Source of the DNA: Octopus bimaculoides
Lineage: Eukaryota
Direction: 5' to 3'
NCBI RefSeq assembly: GCF_001194135.2
Contig: NC_069002.1
Location: 13,763,580-13,827,579, forward strand
Length of the DNA stretch: 64,000 nt
Of the stretch, positions 50,405 through 64,000 are shown in pieces. Within the stretch, counting starts at the first letter, position 1. Each line of letters opens with the position of its first letter. Below the pieces are notes generated by a model. That model was given only the letters and a program-made list of their open reading frames with translations. It had not been told where the DNA came from and did not search any database. A program made the translations under genes and the position numbers.

Positions 50405-50987
50405 TCATAAGGTCGGTCCCGAGACGATTTGTGTTTTTATCACAAGAAGTTCGGAGCAAAGGCTACCAAGTGTAAGCAACCGTGCAGCTTCAACACCCCT
50501 TTGTCATCGGCTCCGGGGAAACACCAGGGTCGGCAAACACGATCAACTGCTCCTGTTTGTCCCCGATCGGAGCTCCGGACGGAGACTTCTAATCGACACA
50601 GGAGCAGAAATCAGCGTGATCCCAGTATCCGCCGTTATAGAGAGCGAGGCCAAACTTTAACAGCCGCCAATGGCTTCACAATCAAAGTGTACGAACGCCT
50701 CATTGTTTCCCTTCACGTCAGCTCACAAGCGTATTCATGGGCATTCACCGTCGTTGATGTCCATCAGCCTGCTGTCGAAGCTGACTTCGAACCTACTCAT
50801 TTCTAGTCGATCTTCAAGGAGACTAGTTATCGAGCTGGTCCGCAGAGAACGGACTTCTTGTTAGGTGGAAAATGCGACCCGAGCTTAAGTGACTGATCGT
50901 ACTCTCTCACGTTGTAGATGATTGACAAAAAATAAACAACACTTTAACTCACTCTCGTTTGTGGCTATTTTTATGAATAGCTCAACA
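50405..50987 (+). mobile_element. Ty3/Gypsy gag C-terminus and protease relic, possibly followed by a short LTR
   Basis: CFYHKKFGAKATKCKQPCSF; LLIDTGAEISVIP; LTAANGFTIKVY. A purine tract precedes a TG...CA segment (50873-50987) containing AATAAA; the LTR call is weak. Confidence 0.75.
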
Positions 50988-51811
50988 AAAGCTATAACGA
51001 TCAATCTTGTTAGCTTGTGTAATTGTATCACCAAATAGTATTAAAATAAACTTCAGTCAATCCTGATTCCTTTAACCTGGAATTTCGTGTATATATTTTA
51101 CCGGACAAAGGAAATTTTGCCGATCTTAGTGTTTATAGCCCTGAAGTCTAGATTCTCTGTTAAACTGCTTCTGGTCCCACCCCACCACTTGTACATCCCT
51201 AATTTCAACACAGCATACTTTACGAAATTTCTACCTACTTCTTTTCTGTGTTCTAAGTATGGCCATTTCATTTATGGTAAAAGGGTCCCATTTTCTTTGC
51301 CAAGCGTTCTCAAGGCCAGCTTTTACTTCTATTTTTGAGATTTTTTTCATGATTTTCAAAACAGATTTAAAAGTAAAGCACATTAGTTCACAGTAAATGT
51401 TTATTTATGCAGTTCTTAATGGTATTAGAATGCATCTCTGTATCTTATACTATTTCTTTATTATTTCAGAAAATCAAAGAATATTGGACTAAAATAATTG
51501 CTTACATCAGATGCAACATCAATATTTATCATCTCTTAAAGATTGATGGAAGATGTACAGATGAGACTCAACTTCACTTTAATAAATCTACAGAAGAATT
51601 ATTCAGAAATATTTTCACTAGCATCATTTGTTTTTCTTTTGCTGTATAGAATGAATGTGTATAAGTTGATTTTTGGCATACTAATTAAAGTTGGAAAATT
51701 TCTCAAATGTGTTAACATCTTTATGTAATCAACAGCAATAGAATTTCTTATGGGTAAAATATAAAAATGAAAAGAAGAGACATGGTATATTGTAGTGAGA
51801 GAAGAAATAAT

Positions 51812-52599
<788 letters not shown>

Positions 52600-53342
52600 C
52601 AATATCAACAAAAGTCATTCTATGAAAAATATCTTATTTAACCAGAATCATGTTCATTGTTTTTCATATAAGTATAGCTATAGCTACATTAGTGAGATAA
52701 TTTACTTCTGTGACATTATTTTTAATAAAATATGCTTTCAGAATATTCATATATATATATTTCACTTATTTATTTTATATTTATGTTGTGAACAATGTCA
52801 CAACTTGACATTGTTGACAAGGGGCTTTGAGTTGGTAAGCTAGAAGTTCGTATAATGAGAATGTCAAGTCTAACTCAATATTACAAGAGACCTCATTAAA
52901 AAGTAAATCACTTCTATATCCTCACTGGTGTCTCTGTTTTTGCCTTCTTCAACATTACTGATATATTACCTATGAACCCACTGTTACTGAGTAAATTGGA
53001 CATGTAAGCAAAAAGTTACATAAATTAGTCAAGATAGTGTGTATAAGTTGTGTAATAAATTCAATATTAAAACATTTAAACCTTCTTTTCTTATTTATTG
53101 AATTATTTTAAGGTGATACAAAGTTATTCTAGAAAATGGGGGAAAAAATGGTATGAAGTGAATTTCACACTTATCATTATGATCATGATGGTCATCATTA
53201 TTGTCACTTTTCCATGTTTGCATGGATCAGAGAGAATTCATTAAAGTAGATTTTCTACAGCTGGATGCCCTTCTTGTTGTGAACCCTCACCTCTTTCCAA
53301 GCAAGGTAATATTATCCTTTGGTTAGACAGGCATGTTTCCAG

Positions 53343-54698
53343 TACTAGAGAAGAAATTTCATGTGTGGAAAGAAAACAAAGTCTAGAATCAAAGGGCCTT
53401 AGAATTATCCTAGCAAAAACAAAAGTCTTAGTAAGTAGGAAAGCAGACAAATCAGAAATCTCTTGATTTGTAGGAAAGGTGAAGGTAGAAATTCCATAAG
53501 ATGAACCTGGTGTAAGTTGTGGACACATAATAGGTGTAGCAATATCCAAGGTAGGTTAACTGTGAAAATAGTTTTTGTGTGCAGAAGGTGCACAAGTACA
53601 ATAAACACTAAAAATGTACAGAAAATAGACTCCATCAAATACCAGTAAGCTAGAGATAGTTGACTGCTTCCGTTATCTAGGTGACCAAGTCAGTAGCGGA
53701 GGTGGGTGCTCTGAGAGCGTAACTGCGAGAATAAAAATAGGCTGGGCAAAGTTCAAAGAGCTTCTCCCTTAGAATGAAAGGCAGACTGTACAATGCCTGT
53801 ATGCAAACAGCCATGCTACATGGCAGTGAAATATGGGCTGCTACTGCTGAGGACATGCGTAGGCTTGAAAAAAAAATGAAGCTGGCATGCATCACTGGAT
53901 GTGTGATGTCAGTGTGCATGTATGACAGAGTGTAAGTGTCTTGAGAAAAAAGTTGGAGATAAGAGGTATCATATGTGGTGTGCAAGAGAGATGACTGCAC
54001 TGGTATGGTCATGTGATGTGTATGGACGAGGACAGCTGTATAAAGAAGCGCTGATCTCTAACTGGGGAGGCAACCTTTGGAAGAAGTAGACCCAGGAAGA
54101 CAGGATGAGGTGGTGAAGCATGATCTTCGAAAGTTGGGCCTTATGGAGGCAATGACTAGTGACCAAAACCTTTGGTGATATACTGTGCTTGAGAAGACCC
54201 GTCAAGCCAAGTGAATCGTAGTGGTGGCCAATGCCAGTGTCACATAACTGGCACCGATGCCAGTAGCATGTAAGAGCCACCTATCAAGCATTCGGCCTCA
54301 TGGATGCAATGTGGCTGATGCCAGTGTCATGTAACTAGCACCTGTGCTGGTATTGCACAACTGGTACCTGTGCTAAGGGCAGGTAAAAAGCACTTTTGGG
54401 TGTTGGGCCTCACAGAGGCAATGACAAATGACCAAAAACTTCAGTAATATGCTGTGCTTGAGTAGAAGACCCACCAAGCCAAATGAAATCGTAGTCATGG
54501 CCGATGCCAGTGTCACCTAACTGGCACGTAAAAGCACCCATTACACTCTCGGAATGGTTGGTGTTAGGAAGGGCATCCAGTCATAGAAACCATATCCAAA
54601 TCAGACTGGGATCTGGTGCTGCCCCTCAGTTTACTAGCCCTGGTCAAACTGTCCAAACCATGCCAGCATGGACAACAAATGTTGAATGTTGATGATGG
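53343..54698 (+). mobile_element. RTE-clade LINE, 5'-truncated and degenerate
   Basis: Broken frames give LESKGLRI.LAKTKVL, KLEIVDCFRYLGDQVSSGGGCSESVTARIKIGWAKFKELLP and LHWYGHVMCMD; 3' UTR ends in (GAT)n. Confidence 0.9.
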
Positions 54699-55403
54699 CA
54701 CACACACATATATCATCATCATCATTTAGCATCTGCTTTCCATGCTGGCATGGGTTTGACTGAAACTGGTAAGCCGGAGAGTTGCACCAGGTTCCAGTAT
54801 GATTTGGCATGGTTTCTATGGCTGGATGCCCTTCCCAACACCAACCACTCCAAGAGTGTAATGAGTGCTTTTGTGTATCACTGGCATGGGTGCTATTATG
54901 TGCCACTGGCATGGGTACCAGTTGCATGACACCGGCATCGGCCACGACAATGATTGGAAATTGCCTCAGTGGAAACCTATAACAAATGATGCTATTATTC
55001 ACAGCTTGTGATATCAAATAAATAAATAAATCATCAGGCAAAATACTTAGTGGTATTTCATCTGAGTTCTGAGTTCAAATGCCACTGAGGTCAACTTTGC
55101 CTTTCATTATTTTGGGATTGATTAAAATAAGTACCAGTCGAATACTAGGGTCAATATAATTGATTACTACCCTCTCCTGAAATTGCTGGCCTTGTGCCAA
55201 AATTTGAAACTAATATGAAATAAATAAATGGAAGACAGATGAGTATTCTGAAATAATTAATTTTATTAAAAATATCACAAATGTATATATATTTGTGTTT
55301 ATATAAAATATTCTTTTGAGAACTTGATATCACACTACAGTATCTGTGTAAATATATTTAGAGTTAAATAAGTTATTTATTTTCAGTGTTGATACAGATG
55401 TTG

Positions 55404-56213
55404 TTACTCTTCTGTATGAACAAATAAATGTCTGGTTAAGTGACTTCTTTGACAGAAGGATTTACCACAGATATCACAATGGAATGGTTTTTCCCCTGTG
55501 TGAAGACGTATGTGGTTAGTCAGACTACCATTTCGAGTGAAAGATTTACCACAGATTTCACAGTGACATGGTTTCTCTCCTGTATGAATGTATTTGTGTT
55601 CAGTTAACTGGCGTCTTTGAAAGAATGATTTACCACAGATATCACAGTGATATGGCTTCTCTCCTGTATGGATGTGTTTGTGTTTAGTTAAATTACCTGG
55701 GTCAGAGAATGATTTACCACAGATTTCACAGGGATATGGCTTCTCTCCTGTATGAATGTGCATGTGACTAGTTAACTTATTTGTTTCAGAGAATGATTTT
55801 CCACAGATATCACAGTGATATGGTTTCTCCCCTGTATGAATACGTTTGTGTTTACTTAAGTTAGCTGCACCTGAGAATGATTTACCACAAATATCACAGT
55901 GATATGGTTTTTCTCCTGTATGAATACGTTTGTGGTTAGTTAAGGTTATGGCACGAGAGAACGATTTGCCACAGTTATCACACTGATATTGTTTTTCTAA
56001 TGAACGAATGTGTATATGGTTATTTAAAGTAGTTACATGAGCAAATGATTTACCACAGATATCACAGTGATATGGTTTCTCTCCTGTATGAATACGTTTG
56101 TGAGTAGTTAGGTCATCTTTTACAGAAAATTTCATATTACAGATATCACAGTGAAATATCTCTTCTGAAAAACCAATCCTTTTAGAATAGCTCTCACATA
56201 ATTCATTTTCCAT
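55404..56213 (-). CDS. C2H2 zinc finger protein (269 aa)
   Basis: MENELCE leader; 9 fingers, the second with its final His replaced by Arg; TGEKPY linkers. Confidence 0.93.
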   Translation of the reverse strand: MENELCESYSKRIGFSEEIFHCDICNMKFSVKDDLTTHKRIHTGEKPYHCDICGKSFAHVTTLNNHIHIRSLEKQYQCDNCGKSFSRAITLTNHKRIHTGEKPYHCDICGKSFSGAANLSKHKRIHTGEKPYHCDICGKSFSETNKLTSHMHIHTGEKPYPCEICGKSFSDPGNLTKHKHIHTGEKPYHCDICGKSFFQRRQLTEHKYIHTGEKPCHCEICGKSFTRNGSLTNHIRLHTGEKPFHCDICGKSFCQRSHLTRHLFVHTEE

Positions 56214-56624
56214 AATTTTTTTTTTCTTTTAATATATATTTTATCCTTCACAAATATTTCTTTTTCTTTATTTCTCTTATGTCAATATTTGAAGATACTG
56301 AACTCATGTGTCCAAGTTTAATTATAAAGTAAAATCATCTTGTACATATTCAAATCAGAGAAATTTTGGTAGTAATCTCACTCTGAGTAAATATTCAACG
56401 AGTATTTCTTCCAAAGATTTATTAAAGCAAAGTTGTATCCCTTCTGTACATTTTCCTTCAGTCTTTAAGAGATGGTAAATATTGATGTTGCATCTGATGT
56501 AAACAATTATTTTAGTCCAATATTCTGATATTCTGAAATAATAAAGAAATATTATAAGACACAAAGAATACTTAAAAATGTGGAAATTCAACACTAGAAC
56601 ACTTTACATATCTATTCCGATTAA

Positions 56625-56896
56625 CCCCTTAGCATTTCAACTGGCCACATCCGGCCAAAATATTCTACCTGTTTTATGTCCAAACTAGCCAAATCCAGCC
56701 TTTCACACCTACCTTACAATGTCATTCTAAATATAAACAATTACATCATCAAAATCTCAAGGCTATAGGATAATGCATGATTAATTCAAATCATCAGCGT
56801 TGTCATTGATGTTATCATTATCATCCTTTTTCTTTAATGTCTGTTTTCCAACATGAAAAAATAAGCATTGCATTTGATAATCTAAATGCTAAAGGG
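56625..56896. mobile_element. piggyBac-type MITE
   Basis: TTAA on both sides; termini CCCCTTAGCATTT/AAATGCTAAAGGG. Confidence 0.85.
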
Positions 56897-56940
56897 TTAA
56901 ACTTTACATGAATAATTAAATTTTATGATTTATGAAAATT

Positions 56941-57838
56941 ATGATTGCTGAGGACATGTGTAGGCTTGACAGAAATGAAGGTAGTATGATCCGTTAGATG
57001 TGTAATGCCAGTGTGCATACACAACAGAGTGTAAGCACCCTAAGAGAAAAGTTTGACATAAGAAGCATCAGATGTGGTGTGCAAGAGACGACTGCTGGTA
57101 TAGTCATGTGCTGTGTATGGATGAGGACAGCTGTGTGAAGAAGTGTCACACCCTAACAGTGGAAGGAACCTGTGGAAGAGGTAAACTCAGGAAGACATGG
57201 GATGAGGTAGTGAAGCATGGCCTTTGAATGTTGGACTTCACAGAGGCAATGACAAAAAACCGAGACCTTTGGAGAAATGCTGTGATTGAGAACACCCAGC
57301 AAGTAAGGTGAGATCGTAGCCGTGGCTGGTCGCATAACCAGCCCATTTAAAAGTACCTTTGAATTGTCAGGTGATAAGCTGTGCTTGAGAAGACCTGTTG
57401 AGTCAAGTGAAATTGTAGTCGTAGTTGATGCCAATGCCACCTGACTGGCACCCATGCTGGTGGCACGTAATAAGCACCATTCAAGCGTGGGTTGATGCTA
57501 GTGCACTTGACTGGCTCCCTGTGCCAGTGACATGTAAAAAGAGCACCATTGGAACTTGGTCGATGTCAGCACCCCCTGACTGGCACCCCATGCCAGTGGC
57601 ATGTAAAAAGTACCATCCAAACATGGTCAATGTCAGTACCGCCTAACTGACTCCCATGCCAGTGGCATATAAAAAGCACCCACTACACTCTTGGAGTGTT
57701 TGGCGTTAGGAAGGGCATCCAGCTGTAGAAACCTTGTCAGATCAGATTGGAGCCTGGTGCAGCTTCCCAGTCCTCAGTCAAACCGTCAAACCCATACCAG
57801 CATGGAAAATGAACGTTAGTCGTTGATGATGATGATGA
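56941..57838 (+). mobile_element. RTE-clade LINE 3' fragment, same family as 53343-54698
   Basis: AEDM.RL.RNE.SM, MDEDSCVKKCHTLTVEGTCGRG..RKTWDEVVKH; shared 3' UTR and (GAT)n tail. Confidence 0.88.
57430..57690 (+). repeat. About 60-65-bp tandem units in an RTE 3' UTR
   Basis: CTGACTGGC(A/T)CCC..GCCAGTGGCATGTAAAAAG repeated about 4 times. Confidence 0.75.
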
Positions 57839-58632
57839 CAATGATCACACCACCTTGTGTAAAGTTTGCATATTTGCAGGCCATAGTTACATCTTCATAT
57901 TGTGTCAGATTAGTGGTTTTGGTAGATCTCCATCAGTTGATGTGGATTTAGTTGTTTGATCAACTGAATTACTTGCACCAGAATTTATGTGTAAGTGGCC
58001 GAGTATTCCACAGACACCTTTTATTTTATTTTTTTTACTCATTTCAGTCATTAGACTATGGCCATGCTAGAGCACTCCAGAATCCTCTGATTCTTGTTGT
58101 TTTATCACTTAGTCCTCCCAGAGAAAACTGATAGCCAGCCACGGCCTTATTGCCTAGCTTTCAGGACGTGTGTAAGTATATTTCATATATTTATTTTACA
58201 AAGCGATTGTTGAATAATAGCATCGTTTGAGCGACCAATCCCTGATGATGATGGAATGTCTGCACTTTGGTGCAGAGAGCAAACATCACGAGGGACTTCG
58301 TTTGTAAAGCAACACGTCTTTCCGATATACACCAGTGAAATACACACACATGGGCTTCCGAACAGTTTCTATCAAGCTGTGAAGGTAAATTCTTAGTCAC
58401 ACAACCATAACTCTGTACCATTATCCATTGTGTCCTTTACTCCTTTAGATGATAGTCATATTTTCGGGAAGTATAACTTCTCCTTTTAGGAAAGTCGAGA
58501 GACCATGCAAAACTCCCTTATTAGGTTATTGCCTTAACCCCAGGCCAATCCTAGCTGAAAAAGCAAACGATCAAAGGTTACTGTATACCCCGAAGTCAGC
58601 TCTGATCTATTAGTTCGATGGCACACAGGTAA

Positions 58633-59016
58633 ATGGAGGCGCAATGGCCCAGTAGTTAAGGCAGCGGACTCGCGGTCATAGGATCGCTGTTTCGATTCCC
58701 AGACCGGGCGTTGTGAGTGTTTATTGAGCGAAAACACCTAAAGCTCTACGAGGCTCCGGCAGGGGATGGTGCCGAACTCTGCTGTACTCTTCCACCACAA
58801 CTTTCTCTCACTCTTACTTCCTGTTTCTGTTGTGCCTGTAATTCAAAGGGTTAGCCTTGTCACACTCTGTGTCACGCTGAATATCCTCGAGAACTACGTT
58901 AAGGGTACACGTGTCTGTGGAGTGCTCAGCCACTTGCACGTTAATTTCACGAGCAGGCTGTTCCGTTGATCAGATTAACTGGAACCTTCGACGTCGTAAG
59001 CGACGGAGCGCCAACA
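58633..59016 (+). mobile_element. SINE family B, full length
   Basis: 10-bp TSD ACACAGGTAA. Confidence 0.9.
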
Positions 59017-61032
59017 ACACAGGTAAGGTGATCAATTAAGTGCGACTCGCAGATCTCTCTTTTTGTCTTCAGTTTTAGTTAAGAACCATACCACACACTT
59101 CAACATGAAGTGACAAATTGTATCGAGTGTTGTGCGATAGTCTGGACAACTTCACTTTTACCATTGTCCAATCTATTTCTGTACGTCCTCAGATTTTGGT
59201 GGTGGTGGCCACAAGGGAGGGCGGTGAGACGGAATCAAGTCTTGATTGTATGAACTCCAGAATAATAATGTGCTTCACCTATTTCTATATGTATCGATTT
59301 AATCAATTATCTTAAAATATTATTTTTTTTTCTTCTTTTAATCAATTTATTTTTTCATACATTCGCTGTTTTCAAAGGTGAAAGGTCAAGTCTTTCCCAA
59401 AGTTATTTTCTACTGTCGGAGTCACAGATCGATAACCATTTATCATTTCAAATAAATAATGGTTAAATAAAATCTTTTTTTTTCGCCCAGGAAATCCCCT
59501 TCAATTTAAAAAGGTAAACGCTTCTATTTTCATGGGGTCCCGGAAGAGACAAAGAAGAGCTGGTTTCTAAATACCTTTTAGAAGTTTATTTTAGGATATT
59601 CTCCTAATTAAAAGTCACGACTAATTAATGCCAACAATGGAAAGACTTCTCAAAGAACATTAATCTGCTGGAAATAACATCCAAATCTCAGCATTCTCTC
59701 TTTAAAAAGAGAGATACGTTATATAAACTTAGTTCTAAATATGAACTGCACTTTAAATAAAATATCGCAAGAATAATTCGAGATATTTGTAGTACTTACG
59801 TATCAATGAATGGCGATCGATTACAGAATAATCATGAGAGTATCATCAAAAATATGTCAGAGAAGTCATTAGTTACGGTCATCAATGTTGTGAATTTATA
59901 TCCCGCTGAGGTTAATTTTACCTTTTAGTCTTGCGGGATCGATTACAATACCAGTGAAGTACCAGGGTCGATTTATATTCCTGTTAAATATCCTTCTTTC
60001 GTTTACATTTCACGTTAAGGTGAAGACAAGATTTCAAATAAATCACAACCCAACTTCCGGTACTATTTTGTGTGGATCGGGCGGAAGAATTTCCAGTTTA
60101 TGAATGCTGCGATCGACGGAAAAATCGCTTTTTTTTTCTCTTCTTCACAGCTGTGAATCGTGGAGTGGATATTTTTTCCTGTGCAACCGCACTTGTGTAT
60201 CTTAATTTGTTTAACAATTAATGAAATTGGAGCTGCTGTGTTTTAATTATTTAAATTTACCTTCATAGCGAAAAGAACCGAACTATCTCTAATCATACTC
60301 AATGCCTACCCCACCTTGTCATCTCTCTCCTGCCTCCCCCCTATCATCTGTATTATGATTATTCTATCCCCAATCGCTCCCTCCTGCACCCCTCTATCCT
60401 TCCCCACCTCGTGACTTATCGATCATCACCCTTCGACCCGACCTAACTTATTTTCTGACAGATGCAGGCTGTCTCCCCATCCTCTTATCTCCTGCTCCCC
60501 ATACAATCTTGCAAACCCTTGGTTGACAGAAACTGTATGGAAGCCTGTTGTAAATATGTTTTTGTGCTTGTGTTTGTCCCCTTCCCCCACACCATTTAAC
60601 AACCAGTGTTGGTTTATTTACATCCCTGTAACTTAGCAACTCAGCAAAAAAGACTGATAGAATAAGTACCAGATTTAAAAAATAAGTACTAAGACCAGTT
60701 TGTCAAACTAAACCCTTCATGGCAGTGCCTCAGCATGGACACAGTCCACTGATTGAGACAGGCAAAAGAAGTTGAAAATCTGCCCTACCCCCACCTCCTC
60801 TCTCACATTTTAAGCCCTCATCCCCTAGCATAAAGCCAACTCTGCTCCCTCAGGGCTCGAGTCTTGCAAACTGCATGGCAACATCAGTAGTGCTGATGGT
60901 ATGGAAAGAGCACTTAATACACATGATAAAATGTTTGATATTAGGAAGGGCATATATAATGATAGGAGAATAATTTAAGAGTAAACCAACTTTATTTAAT
61001 TACTATTTCATTAATGATATTCACTAATAGTC

Positions 61033-61410
61033 AGCGTAGGAGTGGCTGTGTGGTAAGTAGCTTGCTTACGAACCACATGGTTCCGGGTTCAGTCCCACTG
61101 CGTGGCACCTTGGGCAAGTGTCTTCTGCTATAGCCTCGGGCCGACCAAAGCCTTGTGAGTAGATTTGGTAGACGGAAACTGAAAGAAGCCCGTTGTATAT
61201 AAATTGTATATGTGTGTGGGTGTTTGTCCTCTCAACAATCGCTTGACAACCGATGCTGGTATGTTTACATCCCCATAACTTAGTGGTTCGGCAAAACAGA
61301 CCGATAGAGTAAGTACTAGGCTTCCAAAGAATAAGTCCTGGGGATGATTTGCTCGACTAAAGGCGGTGCTCCAGCATGGCCGCAGTCAAATGACTGAAAC
61401 AATTAAAAGA
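61033..61410 (+). mobile_element. SINE family A, full length
   Basis: Head GCGTAGGAGTGGCTGTGTGG to tail; a diverged partial copy lies at about 60480-60775. Confidence 0.88.
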
Positions 61411-61639
61411 GAGAGAGAGAGAGAGTAAAGAGAATGATGTCAGAACTCAAGATATAAATCTCATAGCTGAGATATTCTGTATGCTAGACATGTTCAACCC
61501 ACACCAGCATGCAAAACAGCCATGGAAACATTGATGAGGATGATTCACAAATTATATCATCCAATTTGTATTTATATTGGTTTCAAATTTTGGTACAACG
61601 CCAGCAACTGGTACTATTTTATTGACCCTGAGAGAAAAT

Positions 61640-62379
<740 letters not shown>

Positions 62380-62663
62380 AATTTTTTGTTTTACCACAAT
62401 AGAAACATAGCCTTCTTTCTTTTTGTTTTTATTTCAAACAAATTTATTTTATTCTTAGCGAATATTTCTACCACTGTATTTCTATCCAAGTTATGTGTGT
62501 TGATATTTACATATGTGCAAACTCTTTTGTAAATTTACATGAACATTATCTATATGTAGATAGGTTGATATCACACAACAATATCCTTCTTTAATTCATA
62601 AATAAGTTTCTGGTTAAATAGAATATTTAATTTCTCACAGAATTATTTTCGATATTGATGCAA

Positions 62664-63653
62664 TTACTCTTCTGTAGAAACACACAAATGTTTATTTAAG
62701 TGACTTTTTTGAGAGAAGGATTTTCCACAAATATCACAGTGATATGGTTTTTCTCCTGTATGAATACGTATGTGGTTTGTTAAGGTACTGTTTCGAGAGA
62801 ATGACTTACCACAGATTTCACAGTGATATGGCTTCTCTCCTGTATGAATATATTTGTGTTCAGTTAATTGACTTCTTTGAGAGAAAGCTTTCTCACAAAT
62901 ATCACAGTGATATGGTTTCTCTCCTGTGTGTATACGTCTGTGGTTAGTTAAGGTCATAACACGGGAGAAAGACTTATCACAGATATCACAATGATATGGT
63001 TTTTCTCCTGTATGAATGTATATGTGGTTAGTTAAGGTAGTTACAAGAGAGAATGATTTGCCACAAATATTACAGTGATATGGTTTCTCTCCTGTATGAA
63101 TGTGTTTGTGTTTAGTTAAGTTACCTGGTTCAGAGAATGACTTACCACAGATATCACAGCAATATGGTTTCTCTCCTGTATGAATGTGTATGTGACTAGC
63201 TAACTTATTTGTTTGAGAGAATGATTTACCACAGATGTTGCAATCATATGGTTTTTCTCCTGTATGAATGCGTTTGTGTTTAGTTAAGTTAGACCCATCA
63301 GAGAATGATTTTCCACAGATATCACAGTGATATGGTTTTTCTCCTGTATGAATACGTTTGTGGTTTGTTAGAGTAACCACACGAGAGAATGATTTATCAC
63401 AAATATCACACTGATATGGCTTCTCTCCTGTATGAACATGTCTGTGGTTAGTTAATGTAGTTACATGAGAAAATGCTTTACCACAGATATTACAGTGACA
63501 TGACTTCTCCCCAGCCTGAGCACATTTGTGAATAGTAAAGTCATGCTTTTCAGAAAAACTTATTTTACAGATATCACATTTGTATGATGTTTTTCCAATT
63601 TCTTCTACAAAACCAATCCTTTTAGAATGAGTTTCAGATAATTCATTTTCCAT
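62664..63653 (-). CDS. C2H2 zinc finger protein (329 aa from ATG)
   Basis: MENELSE leader (ATG at 63653; the ORF track starts at an upstream GTG); 1 degenerate + 9 canonical + 1 terminal incomplete finger. Confidence 0.93.
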   Translation of the reverse strand: MENELSETHSKRIGFVEEIGKTSYKCDICKISFSEKHDFTIHKCAQAGEKSCHCNICGKAFSHVTTLTNHRHVHTGEKPYQCDICDKSFSRVVTLTNHKRIHTGEKPYHCDICGKSFSDGSNLTKHKRIHTGEKPYDCNICGKSFSQTNKLASHIHIHTGEKPYCCDICGKSFSEPGNLTKHKHIHTGEKPYHCNICGKSFSLVTTLTNHIYIHTGEKPYHCDICDKSFSRVMTLTNHRRIHTGEKPYHCDICEKAFSQRSQLTEHKYIHTGEKPYHCEICGKSFSRNSTLTNHIRIHTGEKPYHCDICGKSFSQKSHLNKHLCVSTEE

Positions 63654-64000
63654 ATTATTTCTTCTCTCACCACTATATACCGTCTCTTTCCATTGCTTTT
63701 TTAAATCCACAAGAAATAGTTCTTTTACTCTACTCCAATCAAAAGTGGTCTTTGTAGATATCTGAAAATGTTGCTAATGCAATTGTAAAATGTTTCCAAC
63801 TTTAATTAGAATACCAAAAATCATTTTGTACACATTCTAGGCATCAGAAAGATTTTGCTAATAATCCCACCCAGAGGAAATACTTTACAATAATTCTTGG
63901 TTACATCTCATCTGCACATCTTCCATCAGACTTCAAGAGATGATAAATATTGATGTTGCATCTGATGTATACAAATATTTTAGTCCAATATTCTCTGATA

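Overview
AT-rich animal genomic DNA with four N gaps. The C2H2 zinc-finger cluster with 'MENEL' leaders and the SINE/RTE families point to an octopus (coleoid cephalopod); this is inferred from recalled family features, not from a search. Genes: the 3' part of OGG1 (+; exons <1-80, 1478-1527, 2908-2952, probably 4839-4868); a complete 3-exon ZNF593/BUD20 (-; 26864-26665, 24643-24581, 20307-20169; 133 aa); an 879-bp orphan ORF (-; 31147-30269); and a zinc-finger cluster at 46-64 kb with 3 intact genes and 2 pseudogenes. The rest is mostly mobile DNA: several tRNA-derived SINE families (some with exact TSDs), two RTE LINE lineages, Ty3/Gypsy relics, hAT, mariner and piggyBac MITEs, Penelope-like ends and microsatellites. 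The most notable observation is a small element at about 22.9-23.35 kb that joins a Pol III A/B-box head to a same-strand minimal hammerhead ribozyme, preceded by an inverted copy of the ribozyme-bearing end (retrozyme-like or Penelope-dependent SINE). Three further hammerhead-like motifs occur at 36.2, 39.6 and 41.6 kb. All alignments and folds were done by eye; most repeat boundaries are approximate.
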